From contig NW_026250422.1 in assembly GCF_024521635.1 (NCBI RefSeq), positions 62,001-126,000 of the forward strand: a DNA stretch of 64,000 nucleotides. Reading direction: 5' to 3'. The position numbers and the translations under genes were made by a program. Shown here in pieces: positions 1 to 12,599 of this stretch; within the stretch, counting starts at the first letter, position 1, and each line of letters opens with the position of its first letter. This DNA is from Tricharina praecox (Eukaryota). Under the pieces are notes generated by a model, which saw nothing but the letters and a program-made list of their open reading frames with translations, did no database searches and was not told where the DNA came from.

Positions 1-1909
1 GCTACGATGTCGAGCGAGTAGTAATCTTCTCGAACTCGACGTACCGCAACGACGGCTACCTGGGGCCATACTTCGAGCGGCACGGCGTGCCCACGACGGT
101 GCTTCCCTCGCCGCCTTCGCAGCACGAGAGCCCCGCCGAGGACGCCTCGGCAATGTCCGAGTACTACGAGTCCACCGCCGCGAGCCTGAGCCCCGCGATC
201 GCGGACCTCGAGTCGCGGCACGCATCCCGCATCGCAGAGCTCGAGAGCATGCCCGCGCGCGCAGCAGAGACGATATGGTACCCGTTCACGCAGCACGCCG
301 AGATCTCGCCGGCGACCATCCAGGCGATCGACTCGGCGCACGGCGATTTCTTCCAGGTGTACTCGCCCGCCGCGAAGTCCGCGAAGTCCGCGGAGAAGCA
401 GGAGGAGGTGCTGCGCCAGAAATTCGACGGCTCGGCATCGTGGTGGACCCAGGGGCTGGGGCACGCGAACCCCGACCTTACACTCGCCGCCGCGTATGCC
501 GCCGGAAGGTACGGCCACGTGATGTTTCCCGGATCGATCCACGCGCCGGCACTCACGCTGGCGGAGATGTTGCTCAAGAACCTGGGGAATGAGCGCCTCG
601 AGCGCGTGTTCTACTCCGACAATGGGAGTACCGGTGTCGAGGTGGCGCTCAAGATGGCGCTGCGCGCGAGTCGCCTGAGGTATGGATGGGGTGCTAACGA
701 TGACCTCGGGATCCTCGGATTGAAGGGCGCATATCATGGCGACACCATCGGAGCGATGGACTGTGCCGACCCCGGTGTGTACAATGAGGAGGTGGAGTGG
801 TATAGCGGCCGTGGTCACTGGTTCGATTTCCCCAAGGTCGCGATGAAGGATGGTGTGTGGAAGGTTACCATGCCCGAGGAGATGGGTGGGGGCGAGACGG
901 AGTTCGCAAGCCTCAGCGAGGTGTTTGACGTGGAAGGTCGGGAGGCCGGAAGCCTCGGTGAGATGTATGCAAAGTATATCCGCGCCCGTCTCGAGCAGCT
1001 CGTCAAGTTCGAGGGCAGAAAGTTCGGTGCAGTGATGATCGAGCCGGTGGTCCTAGGCGCCGGAGGAATGCTTTTCGCGTGAGCATCCCTCGTTCCCCCG
1101 CATGCACCCTTGGCTGACTATCCAGCGACCCACTGTTTCAACGTACACTCGTGAATGTCGTGCGCTCCAGCGCCGACCTATTCCCCGCAGCGGCCTCCGA
1201 GCCCACCGGATCACCAACCTGGTCCGGCCTGCCCATCATAGTCGACGAGGTATTCACGGGGCTCTACCGTCTGGGTCGGATCACGTCGTCGTCGTTCCTC
1301 GGGATAAACGCCGACATCAGCATCCACGCGAAGCTTTTAACGGGCGGGCTGCTGCCACTGTGCGTGACTCTCTCGAGCGATAGCATCTTCCGCGACTTCC
1401 TCGATGAGAGCAAGACCAAAGCGCTTTTGCACGGGCACAGTTACACCGCGCACGCGGTCGGCTGCAACGTGGCCAAGACCAGCGTCGAGACCATGCTAGC
1501 TATGGACGCGGGAGACGCCTGGCGTGCGGCTAAAAAGGACTGGAAACGGTCCGGCGAGGAGACGGGTGCCGCTTGGAGTACGTGGCGGCATAGCTTCATC
1601 ACTGAAGTCTCCCGCTTCAGCCAGGTCGAGGGCGTGTTCGCGCTCGGATCGGTGCTGGCTATAACGCTGAAAGATAATACTACGGGTACGATACCGCCCG
1701 GCCCCCACCATGTAATCACGACATCGCAGCTGACAGATGCAGGATATACTTCTACCGCCGCCGCGGGACTGTTGAAAAAGCTGAAGGTGGAGGGTGTGGA
1801 TGCGAGAACGTTGGGGAATGTGCTGTACGTACTCGCCAGTCTGACGACGAAGGAGGAGGCGGTTAGGGGACTGGAGGAGCTTTTGGTGAGGGGGTTGGGG
1901 GAGGTGTAG
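1..1909 (+). CDS. bioDA: Bifunctional dethiobiotin synthase / DAPA (7,8-diaminopelargonate) aminotransferase, BioDA/BIO3-BIO1 type; 5' part lies outside the window
   Basis: Class-III aminotransferase motifs WYPFTQH, DGSASWWTQGLGH, FYSDNGSTGVEVALKMA, YHGDT, DEVFTG, HAKLLTGG (PLP lysine) and LLHGHSYTAH. Introns 1079-1125 (GTGAGC..CTGAC..CAG, joining MLFA-DPLFQR) and 1686-1742. Stop TAG at 1907-1909. Confidence 0.93.
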
Positions 1910-2822
1910 ATAGGGGGTTATCTTTCGACGCGTCATGCTCGACTCAAGAGATGTAGATAAGTAGGAGGTCATCCATCGCTATATCGTAATCGAGCGAGTC
2001 TGAAATGCGACATCACGAGCATTGATGACGAGTGCTAGTTCATGATCAGACTTGATCATTCAAGTGTTACTTCACATGGTACCTGGTAGTTACAATGCAG
2101 CCCAGCAGAAGTTCGAAACCGCGCAGCACTCACCAGCACCCACCAGTACTCGCCGGCCAAATCACCCGTCAATCACTGGACCTCACTCATCCAATCCAGC
2201 GGACCAACCATCGACAAAGTCAGGGGATGCATGTATGTACCTCATGTTCACATGTACACACAACGATGGTAGAAAATCAAGTCAGGCACCGAACATACCG
2301 GTCGTGTCCTACGTACGTACGCGATCTCGGCTAGCAGGTAGGTCCCTATAGGTAGCAGGTATGTACCTAGATCATCACTCGGTGGATATACCTATGTAGG
2401 TGCTATGAAATAGTGCTTTGTTGATATGGAACCTCGGCGTTCTGTATCCCTTCTGAGCATCCTTTCCACTTCATAGATGAACTTTGGACGGTGATACAAG
2501 CAAATGGAAACCACGGTACCCATTACCATCCACCTTTCATCAACTTCAGTTCGGAAGTATGCATGTCCCAACGCAGCTCCGTAACTTTCATGGCTGAATC
2601 TCGGACCTCTGATCGATTCGGTCTGGCTCGCATTGGAATGGATTGGTCGTTTTCCATTGCACCAGTACCTTAACACTGGCCAATTCGAGATGAGAGGGAT
2701 GCCGTGCGTCGGAACGCGTCCATGCGCGTGTTATGGAACGGTAACAGGTGTTCGACTCGCTTATGGTGCCGGACGCTTTAACGGGCAAGCGAGGGACGAA
2801 AGATGACCCCCAGCGCCGACCG

Positions 2823-2943
2823 CTACTCCTCTCTACCACAATAAAAAGAATTTATTTTGAAACCGTAGAATGGTAGAGTAGTATGTGTAGAACGGTTCTA
2901 CGGGTTCAAAATTAAATTATTGGTGGTTGGTGGAGAGGAGTAG
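2823..2943. repeat. ~120-bp imperfect inverted repeat (palindrome), AT-rich; possible MITE relic or hairpin RNA
   Basis: Outer arms ctactcctctctacca (2823-2838) and tggtggagaggagtag (2928-2943) are complementary at 15/16 positions. Inner arms aatttattttgaaaccgtagaa (2849-2870) and ttctacgggttcaaaattaaatt (2896-2918) differ by one mismatch and one indel. Loop about 25 nt. Confidence 0.8.
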
Positions 2944-3781
2944 GACTTGAAAAGTCGGGTATTTTGTATGAGGGGGGTATGCCATTGGACATACGCTAGC
3001 CGCCATGAAGAATGACACTAATCAGATTAGTACAGGCCGAGTGATAATTAATGAGTATCACAAGCAACATATACAGGCGGAAGAAAAAAGTGGATCTATG
3101 AGGGCGCGGCTAGAGTGGTGGTGAGTAGAATAACAGGAGGAATCAAAAATCAAGTCAAGTGAACAAAAACTGGCTGAAATATTGGTTTACCACCATAGGT
3201 TTTGCGGGGTCATATATCCGCACTCGATTTCTTGGCGGGCCCACCTCATTGGACATGCCAAGACGCTAGCCCTTTAACGTGTCCGGCACCATAGTTATCC
3301 TCCATATCCCTATGTATTGTATGCACGTGCAGAATTGGAGAACCCGTTCAACGACGGTTTCCGGCACACCGGCCACCGCGAGCGCGAACGTATGTAAAAC
3401 GACGACGTTGCATTACCACCACAACGGATACGGCAGTTACCCCGGAGTAGCTGCGCTGTCATGAATTCGAACGCTTCCAAGCAACCTGCCATAACTAGAA
3501 TTGCTTATGGTAGAGTGCTCACCACTCCATGGCCAGTCGTTGAGGCAGCCGCTACACTGGATCGGATGCAGCGGATCCGAAGCTCAGGCGAGAACTCGGA
3601 AGTCAAGTTCCCAACAACCGCGTGGGCACGTTGCCGCCAAGCCACACGCTATGTTCATTGCAACCATCCCATAAAACTTTAAAACTTTCCCGTATTCCTC
3701 CCCTTTTCTTCGCACCATCCAACAACAATCGCCTCGACAGTAGAAGAAATCTCACGACACCCACACACACACACACACACA

Positions 3782-4476
3782 ATGCGGACACTCTACATTA
3801 TCGGGCTGCTGGTGCCGCTGATCTGCTACCTGATGGACTCGTCGTTGCCGAAATTCTACATCTTCGACCCCGTCAAGCTCCAGGAACTCTCGAAAGAGTC
3901 CATCGCCGCCGGAGCCGGAAATGCCACCATTGTGCTGCACCATCTCGTCGACGCGTTGCAGCAGGAATACGGCATCACTCACGTCAACGGCATCGAGAAG
4001 GACAAGTGGTTCTTCAAGTATGTCCCCGCCCTTCTCTCTCTTTCTCCCGCTCGAAAAAACTGACACGTTGCAGCAACGCCGGCGGAGCAATGGGCGCCAT
4101 GATCATCCTCCACGCCTCAGTGACCGAGTACCTGATCCTGTTCGGCACGCCGCTCGGCACCGAGGGCCACTCGGGCCTGCACCTCGCCCACGACTACTTC
4201 ACCATTCTCTCGGGCGAGCAGCAGCGCTTCAAGCCCGGCGAGATCGAGCCGTCCGTCTACCGTCCCGGCGACCAGAACTACCTTCCCCGCGGCGAGGCGA
4301 CCCAGTACGTCCTCAACGGCTGGGCGCTGGAGCTCGCGCAGGGTTGGATCCCCAGCATGCTCCCGTTCGGCTTCCTCGATACCTTCACTAGCACCCTCGA
4401 CCTCCCCAACCTGTGGAAGACCGTGTATCTCACCGGTGTCAACATGGTTGGGCAGTTGATGCTTGGAAAGTTCTAG
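3782..4476 (+). CDS. ERG2: C-8 sterol isomerase (ERG2/sigma-1 receptor family)
   Basis: N-terminal hydrophobic anchor. Intron 4018-4073 (GTATGT..CTGAC..CAG) restores [38 protein letters not shown]. Also [18 protein letters not shown] and C-terminal LMLGKF. Confidence 0.96.
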
Positions 4477-7400
4477 GCATGGGTGTTGTGCAGTAGATAT
4501 GGTTGGACGGGAGGAGGTTACGAGATGGACGTTGATTATAATACCCGGCGTGTGTGTATTTGTGTAATGTAATGTCATGTCACGGAATGAATATATGATG
4601 TGTGCGTCTTAGTAACTCTCCCATCAATCCGGTAATGTGTCCAAATGCGGCAATGGCCACGTCTCGGATTCTCAAACGCACAAATCGGAGCTCGTGTCGG
4701 GGACGAGGAGCGGGTATGTAGAGATGGTGCGTTTATCACCTGACAAAGGAGCATTCCCGGACCGTGCAACCACGACAACATCTCCTTCCTCAAGCCTGAT
4801 CTGGTACCTACCCAAGTATTTACATGCCTTGTTCCTGCACACCGCAAGAATCAATTGCAGCTATCGTCCGGAGTTGGAACTTAGAACACGTCCATCCAAG
4901 GAATGGAGCCTCACGAGTTACCAACGCCCAGCCCAACCCGCAAGAGAGTACCTACTCTAATCTGAAAGAACCACGACGTACTGGTATCACGTGACGTTCC
5001 TCCGAAAACTCGGCATTCGGGATGTTGAGTGTTTTGGGGTGTTTTGAGGTGTTTACATCACGATCATGATATTTGACTCGGAGAAGAAGAAAAAAAACAG
5101 ACGTTTGGCACATCGGCCTTCGGGATAACGGTGTTTGGCCGCACAGTGTCACGGCGTTTATCGGTGATATACGTCATATAGACACCGGTATGTAGTAGTT
5201 GATGCTTTCCCCACAACAGCGTCTTCGGCAGAACGATATCATCCCTGGGACGGCATACATACCCCAGATACATACCTAGTTACTGGCTGTGTATGTAGAA
5301 CTCGGCCTGAAGACTGAAAGTGGGCCCATCGCTCCCAGCTCCCGCCTGCATGTACCGGGCCCGCCGGCCGGAAGCTCCGAGCCTCCAACGGCAGGGAATG
5401 GCCGTTTCGGTCTCCGCACTGCACGGGCTCTCATGGGCCAACACGCCTCCGTCCCTGCATGCCGGGAAACCTAACGTCTGCTCAGTGGCTTCCGTGGATC
5501 CTGCTGTGGGGATGTGGAGATGTGGCACATGATCCATCCGGATATCCATTCTCCGAGTAATATCAATTTATCAAGCCGAGTCTTGGGCTGGGGAGTGCGG
5601 GCCCCGGGGCGGCTGGATATTGGCGGTTTCGAGTATGGAGGTGTGATCCGGGGGTCTCGAGTATACGAGTATACGAGCATACGTCGAGTGCGTCGAGTGC
5701 GTGTTGTCGAGGTTTCCCACGAGCTGCTGCATAGATATCTACTAGGTATGTAGTAGCACGGATGTTCTGTGTCCGCGCACGTCAGCGTTTACCTGGGGGT
5801 TTTGGATCATCGTTCGCCATGGAGCATGGTCTGGTATCGCGACCAGAGGGACTGGGTAGGTAGTTAGGTGTAGGACGGTGGGGAGAGTGGGTACGGGCAC
5901 GAACTGCGTCATAAGGGCTGGAACAAGGCTGAAAGTAGGTCTCAGCTGAAGTCGGCGATGTCGAGAGCATTGCGGACTAGGTATCTATAAGTTGGTGAGA
6001 AGCGATTGCCTATACATAGTAGTAGGGTGGTGAGATAATCTCGGATCCGAAGGGGTCGCAGCCAGTAGGTGCATCTCGCCAGGCGTCGATCAGTTTCGAG
6101 TATCATGTATGTACTTAGCGAAGGAGATCAGCAAGGCAGTGGATCAGACGATACTACATAGTCGTGAACTCCATCGTATACATGAGATGGCGTTGATTAT
6201 TTGAGCTGTATGATAGGTCTCGCACGTACGTAAGAGCAGCGATCACCTTCTAACGCTCCCCCTTTACTCTAGGTATTCCCCATGACCATCCATAGACCAT
6301 TTCCCCCGCATTCCAAGTTCTCACTCGACTACCGGTATCGGAGCCGTGGCTGGAAGTGGATGGATGGTTGGATGGATGGATCATCTCAGGCATTTAGACT
6401 GAAAGGTGGGCCACCGTCGGTACAAGCCGATCCACCGATTCCTGTTTCATCGTGATACGTACATACATATGCCGATCACGGCTTGAAAACGAAAGGGAAT
6501 CCATTTCGCTTCCCTTCCTCGGAGTCCTACCTGATCCCCTACCCTCAATTCCTAGCAGCCGCTACTATGTGGTAGATGACGCTGACGACCCGCACTCCGC
6601 GGCGGAAAATGCTACGGCCACTCACCAGCGAGTGATATCCAGTGCTGGAGGACGCAAGGTAGAAATATAGAGGACCACGGAAGACCCTCGCCTAAGGCGG
6701 GCACGCCAGCCTACGCATCCGATGGGGGCGAGACATGTATACTTCATAGTTAGTAAGGATGATGGCGCCAGCTAGCTACTAACTAACGGTATATCTATCA
6801 GCCACAGACCCGCCCGAGCTCCATAGAAATCCGACACAGCGCCGAGGAGTACATACAACTCCCGAGTCTCAAATACGGTACTTACGGTATCTATGTACCT
6901 ACGGTATGTATCCACCCGGGCGGGCTCGAGAGTTAGATAGCTAGCTACACGTGGCTTCGGGCCGGTGATAAGGATACATACGCCCGTAAGGAAAGCAGGG
7001 CTAATAGTAGCAGTGCCGTGGTCCGTCCGGCGGTAAAGTACCGTATACGCTTCTGGGCGAGATCCGACAGTGCTAGGCCGGGACGATTGCCTTCCCTGCT
7101 GGATCGAGGCATCGAAGGTCGTCGATACGGGACGATCCGTGACGATACAGGACGATACGGGACGATACTAGTAACTGCTACAGGCTACCGGTATCTTCCT
7201 ATGTACATAGTATGATAGCCGTACGCAAGAAATACAAATACAAATACATACATACAATAAGCCCAGCCTCCATATTTCCGTCGCACCCGCGCCGGGAGTC
7301 CGGGACTCGGGACTCGGCCAATCCTCCACGCTTGTTGCCGATGCCTGCCCGCTGACTAGCCCCCACTGCGCATGTATGTATGTATGTATGTATGTATGTA

Positions 7401-9454
7401 GGTGGGTATGTAGGTGGGTAGGTAGGTACATCGTGCTCCTCCATGCTCCTTTGTGTAAGTTAGTAGAGTATGCACTCACCATCCATCTGCCGTGCGGGTG
7501 ACGGCGCGTGACAGCGCATCACGTTGCGTGAAGGAGCAGATAAACATCGGTACATAACAAGTAGGTATTTCATACACACCGGTAGATACATAACTACTGG
7601 TAGTAAACCTGAAACTGCCAACGCGTCCGTGTCAGCAGTGAGTGAGCACGAATCTCCCCGGCCTCTGTCCCCCGTTCACCTTTGCTACATAGTAGGTACC
7701 TAATCCGCAGTGAACTGGAAAAAATACCAACAACAACAACAACAACAACAATCTCTATTCTGCTCTGCTCGTTGATTCCAACACCGATTACCTAGTCGGC
7801 ACCGACCACCCCAACGACGAGCCCCCGGTCTCCAATCCTCCAACCCAAGCCCGGCTCCGCAGGGCCACCCCAGCCGTCTCATCCACCGTCACCGGGTTGC
7901 CGAGGTCCGACCATGCGCCTGCGTCAGCCTTGCACATCGCGGATTGCAAGGCCTAGTTACTCTAGCTACCTGGAGGCTGGGTATCTACTACCGATATACC
8001 TAGTGTTTGATCCGCTAGTCGTCAACCATGGAACATGGAAGAAGCCAGGAGGAAGAAGGATGGAAGGCGGTCGTGCATATGCATGTAAATCATATCACCT
8101 AGGAGTCTGGGAGGATATGTATCTCACACGGTGGCCCTGAAATTTGGGGATCTGATGGAGAAGAAGATGAAGAAGAAGATGAAGAAGGAGATTCGAAGGG
8201 GATTCGAAGGAGGAGATTCGACGGAGACGCAGAAGAGAAGGGGAAGAAGCAGAGGAAGAAGAAAACGAGGGGGTCCGGGGAGTTTGTTGCAGTGTTGCAG
8301 TGGTGCAGATGCCGATGGCGATTAGGTGTTTCGGATTCAGTACCTATGCACTTGGGGACGGGGATCCGCTGGGGGTGGCGTAGGTAAGCCGAGTTCACTG
8401 TTCACTGTTCGATGGCACCTAGAGTAGAGTGTGGGGTGATTGTAGGATTCGAGGTACACCACTTCCATGAGCATTGAGCTCAGCTGGTCATCTGGAGAGA
8501 TTGGTCCGTGTTGGAAAGGACCCGGCCAGGAGTATCTGGGGTGCATGTAGGTAGAGTACCTAGAGTGCGGTACATAGGGCATAAGTTATCTCCGCCAGAT
8601 AAATTCATCGGCCGCAGGCCACTCTTCCACTCACGAGTCACCGTGGCTACATTGTAATTGGTGGTTGGTCGGCGTTTAGTTCGATGGAAGGGGAGGAGTG
8701 GGCGCACCATGACCGCAATGATCAACGCCGCCACCGCCACCAGCGCCCCAGCGCCTTAACGTCCCAGCTCGTCCAATGGATGCCCTCCCGCCCCCCATGG
8801 GGGAGCATGAGCTATGCAAGCCACCGACCACTGGCCAAAGGTATGATATGTGCGTGCAGCGTATGATGTGCGAAGTTCAAACTCGCGGTCGATCCCCCCC
8901 GCATTTTATACATTCGCCTCTCGAGCTTCAAGCTGCCAGCCTTCCCCAGGTTTCTGCCCCCCGAGTAATAATCCATGCGCTCCCTATCAAGTTTTCGAGT
9001 TTTCGAGTTTTCGAGTGCTTCGAGTTTTTCGAGCAGAGCAGAACAGAGCAAACCTCAGCAGAGTAGAGTGCTGTTTCGTGAAGTGCTGTCACTGCTGTTT
9101 GATAGTTACTGCTGTTTGACAGAGTAGGTAAGCGATCGCTCGGTGGTGGAATGCATGCTCTGCGCCTTGCATGAGCGATAACATCAGGTAGAGTGGTGCT
9201 TTTACGTACACACGGCGAAGGCAGTTAACGGTGGCAGACTGGCAGACTGGCAGTTTCAGTGAGATGTCGCGGTTGGAGCGGGTGCAGATGGAGATGTTAG
9301 AGTACATAGAGAAGGTGGAGTGGATGTTTACAGGATATGGATGGATCGTGGAAGGAGAGAGTAACGTAGATACAGGATATGGATAGATGTGGATTGTCCA
9401 TGCGAGTTCAACCATTTGGGCCGCCAAGATTCGGGTCAACAGTCCGTCATCTTG

Positions 9455-9567
9455 TTTTTCGTTTTTTTGTTTCCTTTCTTTCTTTCTTCTTCCTTTCTTT
9501 CTTTCTTCTTCTTCCTTTCTTTCTTTTCTTCTTCCTTTCTTTCTTTTCTTCTTCCTTTCTTTCTCTC
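9455..9567. repeat. Pyrimidine-rich (TTTC/TTC)n low-complexity tract
   Basis: About 110 nt composed almost entirely of T and C. Confidence 0.85.
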
Positions 9568-12500
9568 GCGGGTGTTGGGCGGCGGGTGGCGGTAGGCGGG
9601 CACTCCTTACTCCGTACTCCTCCCGCCTTACTCCCGAGTCCTGACTCCTCCACATTCCACATCCACACGATCGCTTGTCGGCAGTTCTCGCTTGTCGCGG
9701 CGCGGCCGTGTCTTGTTTCCTGGGTTTCGGATTTGAGCCAATCAGCCGGTGTGTGTGCTCTGGGTTTGTAGGAAGTGCCACAGTGGAGCACCACCTTCCT
9801 CCCTTGTGGCATAATCTTCGGATGCTATATACTATCGTATGTAGAGTAGGAGGTAGTATGAATGATATGCAGGACTGGTCGGCGGTACCGGTCGGCGGTA
9901 TTTGTATCGCAGATGCCGACCCTCTACATTTCTTCACACTCTACATCCTCTTTCTTCCAGAAACGGAGGGAGGGAGGATATCATATGTGAGGATTCTCCG
10001 TGAGGTGAGCGAATAGGGCACCCCGATCCCTAGCCGAAGAGGCAGCGGTTGTGCACTGTTTCTGCTCCAGTTCCGGTTCCCGTTCCGCCGTCGCACGACG
10101 TTAATGCGGCATCCCGCCGAACTGGTGAGGGTGTGGTCACTTGGTGTGTGGTGTGGGCCCTGGAGGGATGCAGGTACCGTTTTACTAGCATGCAGTGCTG
10201 ATGAACGAATAATCTTCGTATGAGGTATGCATGCTGTGTGTGCTTTCGCCGAGAGACGAACGAGACGAACGCGAGGAGAATGAAAACGAAGAAAAAGAAG
10301 AGGAGGCAGACGACGAGAGGCACAGACAGAGAAGTCCTCTAGATACCGTACCAGAAAGCAGAGTTGCGTCCGGGGAGGTTTCAAGCAGAAACAGCGTGAT
10401 CCCAGTTGTGGCTAGAGTGGAACTCGACGACGATCGTTTTTTCGCTGCGTAATTTCCCGCCGCGGAATCATCTACGGTGCATAGAGTTACGTGTTGGTGC
10501 GTTCCTGGTTGCGCGAGAGAGTCGATCGTGGGGCTTCGTTGGAGTCTTTGAGGTTTGAAGTTTGGCTGGCTTGACTTGACCGACGAGCGAGCGAGTGTTT
10601 GAGGTTGGAGACTTCACGATGAACAGCTGCTATTATACCGACTGGTAAGTGAGTGCTCAGTCGGTAGTAGATGTGCGTAATAGCAGCAGCTCTCCGCCGC
10701 GACCCCTCTCCGCCTGGCTGCCCCCCGAATCCCTCCGCGATCATCATCCCCCCACTCACCCACCCCCCGCTGCAGGCATCACCCATCTCCCTGCGACGGA
10801 GGCCTGCCTCCCCTCCGGACCAATTATCAATAATCAATCCATCGAGCATCGAGCCGGGACCTCTAACAACCGCCCTTCTCCTCTTCTCCTTTTCTGACGT
10901 TATCCGTGAGTTGAGAGCCCTTCCTGCCCTTCCTGCACGCTCGAACCCCCCTCCCCCCCCCTTCCTTCGTCCTCTCATCCTCCTCCTTCGCCGCCTCCTC
11001 CTCCATCCCCCTCCCTCACTCGCTCACTCGCTCAGTCGCACACGCTCGTTCAGTCGCTCCTTCCCCCCGCACGCGCTCGTACGTCCGTGAGCAAGCAACA
11101 CTCACACACCCGCAGTCGTTTCCCGTTTCCTTTCCCTCCGTGCACAGCAACCGCAAAGCAAAGTGCAGGCCTGCTACCGCTAGACACCGACACCGGCACC
11201 GACATCACGAACCGCTGTTTACTCTACTAGTATTGCGAGCGAGCGAGCGAGCAGTACCGTATTCCTGGAAATACCTATTCCACGCCCATTCCATATTCCA
11301 TATTGCCATAGGAAGCATTCGGTATTCGGTCAGCGATCAACACTGCGCACTGGAGGAGGATCAGTCGTATTTCTATTTTTTATTTTTTATTTTCTATTGC
11401 ACAATATTGCAGAAACCTGCTGTGTGCCTGCCCATCGCATCGCATCGCGCCGCGCATCTCATCTACCTGCCTGCGGAACCCACACACCCGCACCACCCGC
11501 ACAACGCGCACCGCACAAGCATAACACGCACCGCAGACTTACTTACATACGCCGGCCGTTTCGTTTCGTGCGATTGATCAAGTGCTGAACTGAAGAAGAA
11601 GAAGAGGAAGAGGAAGAGGAAGAGGAGCAATACGCTACCCACAACTCGATCATCGCATAACATAGAAATCCGGGGGGGGGGGTTTTTTTTTTGTATTTGG
11701 TTTTTCTATATTGCTATTTCTTATTGCACACGGTACGTTGGTTGGAACTTGGAACTTGGAATTTGGGTGCGGGAACACAGCAGTCGAGTCAAGTCAAGTC
11801 AAGTCAAGTCGAGGTCAGTAAGTAGCACCACTACGGACGGACGGACGCCTGCGTTGCTTATTGTTTGCCTGCCCTGCTTGCTCGCGCAACACGAGAGATA
11901 GAGTAAACCGAACTGACGAGTTGGGTGGTGATCAGAACGCGCGAGATTCTTCAGACATCTGCCCACCGCATCACATACACAATCGTTCAATCTGTTCCTG
12001 TTGTCGTTGTCGAATTCGCAAAAATTCGGCACTCCCGACGCTTCAGTAACTCTAGAGTAACTACTACTACTGCTACTACGCATCAACTCTGACGCGCTTC
12101 TACCCCTTCATATACCGACCCACGAAGAGAAGAAATCAGAAAAAAGGGGGGGCGTCCACGGGAATAATCGTCAACACTCACCCACTCACTCACTCATTTA
12201 CTCATTCACTCACACTCACTTGCAACGCGGAACTTGGAAGAGGGATCGGAAAGAAAGAAAAGTGCCAGGCCACAGCGAACGAGAGGCGGATACTCTACAT
12301 CGAATCGATCCATACTCGACATCCCCCCCACCCCCTCCCCCTCTCCCCTTACGACGGTCTGATAGACGAGAACACGCAGCGCGGAAATCTGCACTTCTAG
12401 CCACTACATACTGCTACCTACTTCACTCACGGTCTTTACTCTACCACAACCTCACCTCAACTCCTCCATCCTTCCTTGCCGGCTGTCCGCACACGCGCCA

Positions 12501-12599
12501 CGAGCCAGCTTTACCGAATAAGCATCTATCCACCTCCTTACCTACCTACTCGCTTGCCTACCTACCTACCAACCAACCGATTACTCGCCTAGTGTTTGA

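Noticed and set aside
4985..4996. ATCACGTGAC E-box/SRE-like site near ERG2
   Set aside because: Lies downstream of the gene; a single short match is not evidence of sterol regulation.
9089..9937. 282-aa K/R/E-rich minus-strand ORF and overlapping F/S/L-rich plus-strand ORFs
   Set aside because: Products of the (TTTC)n low-complexity tract.
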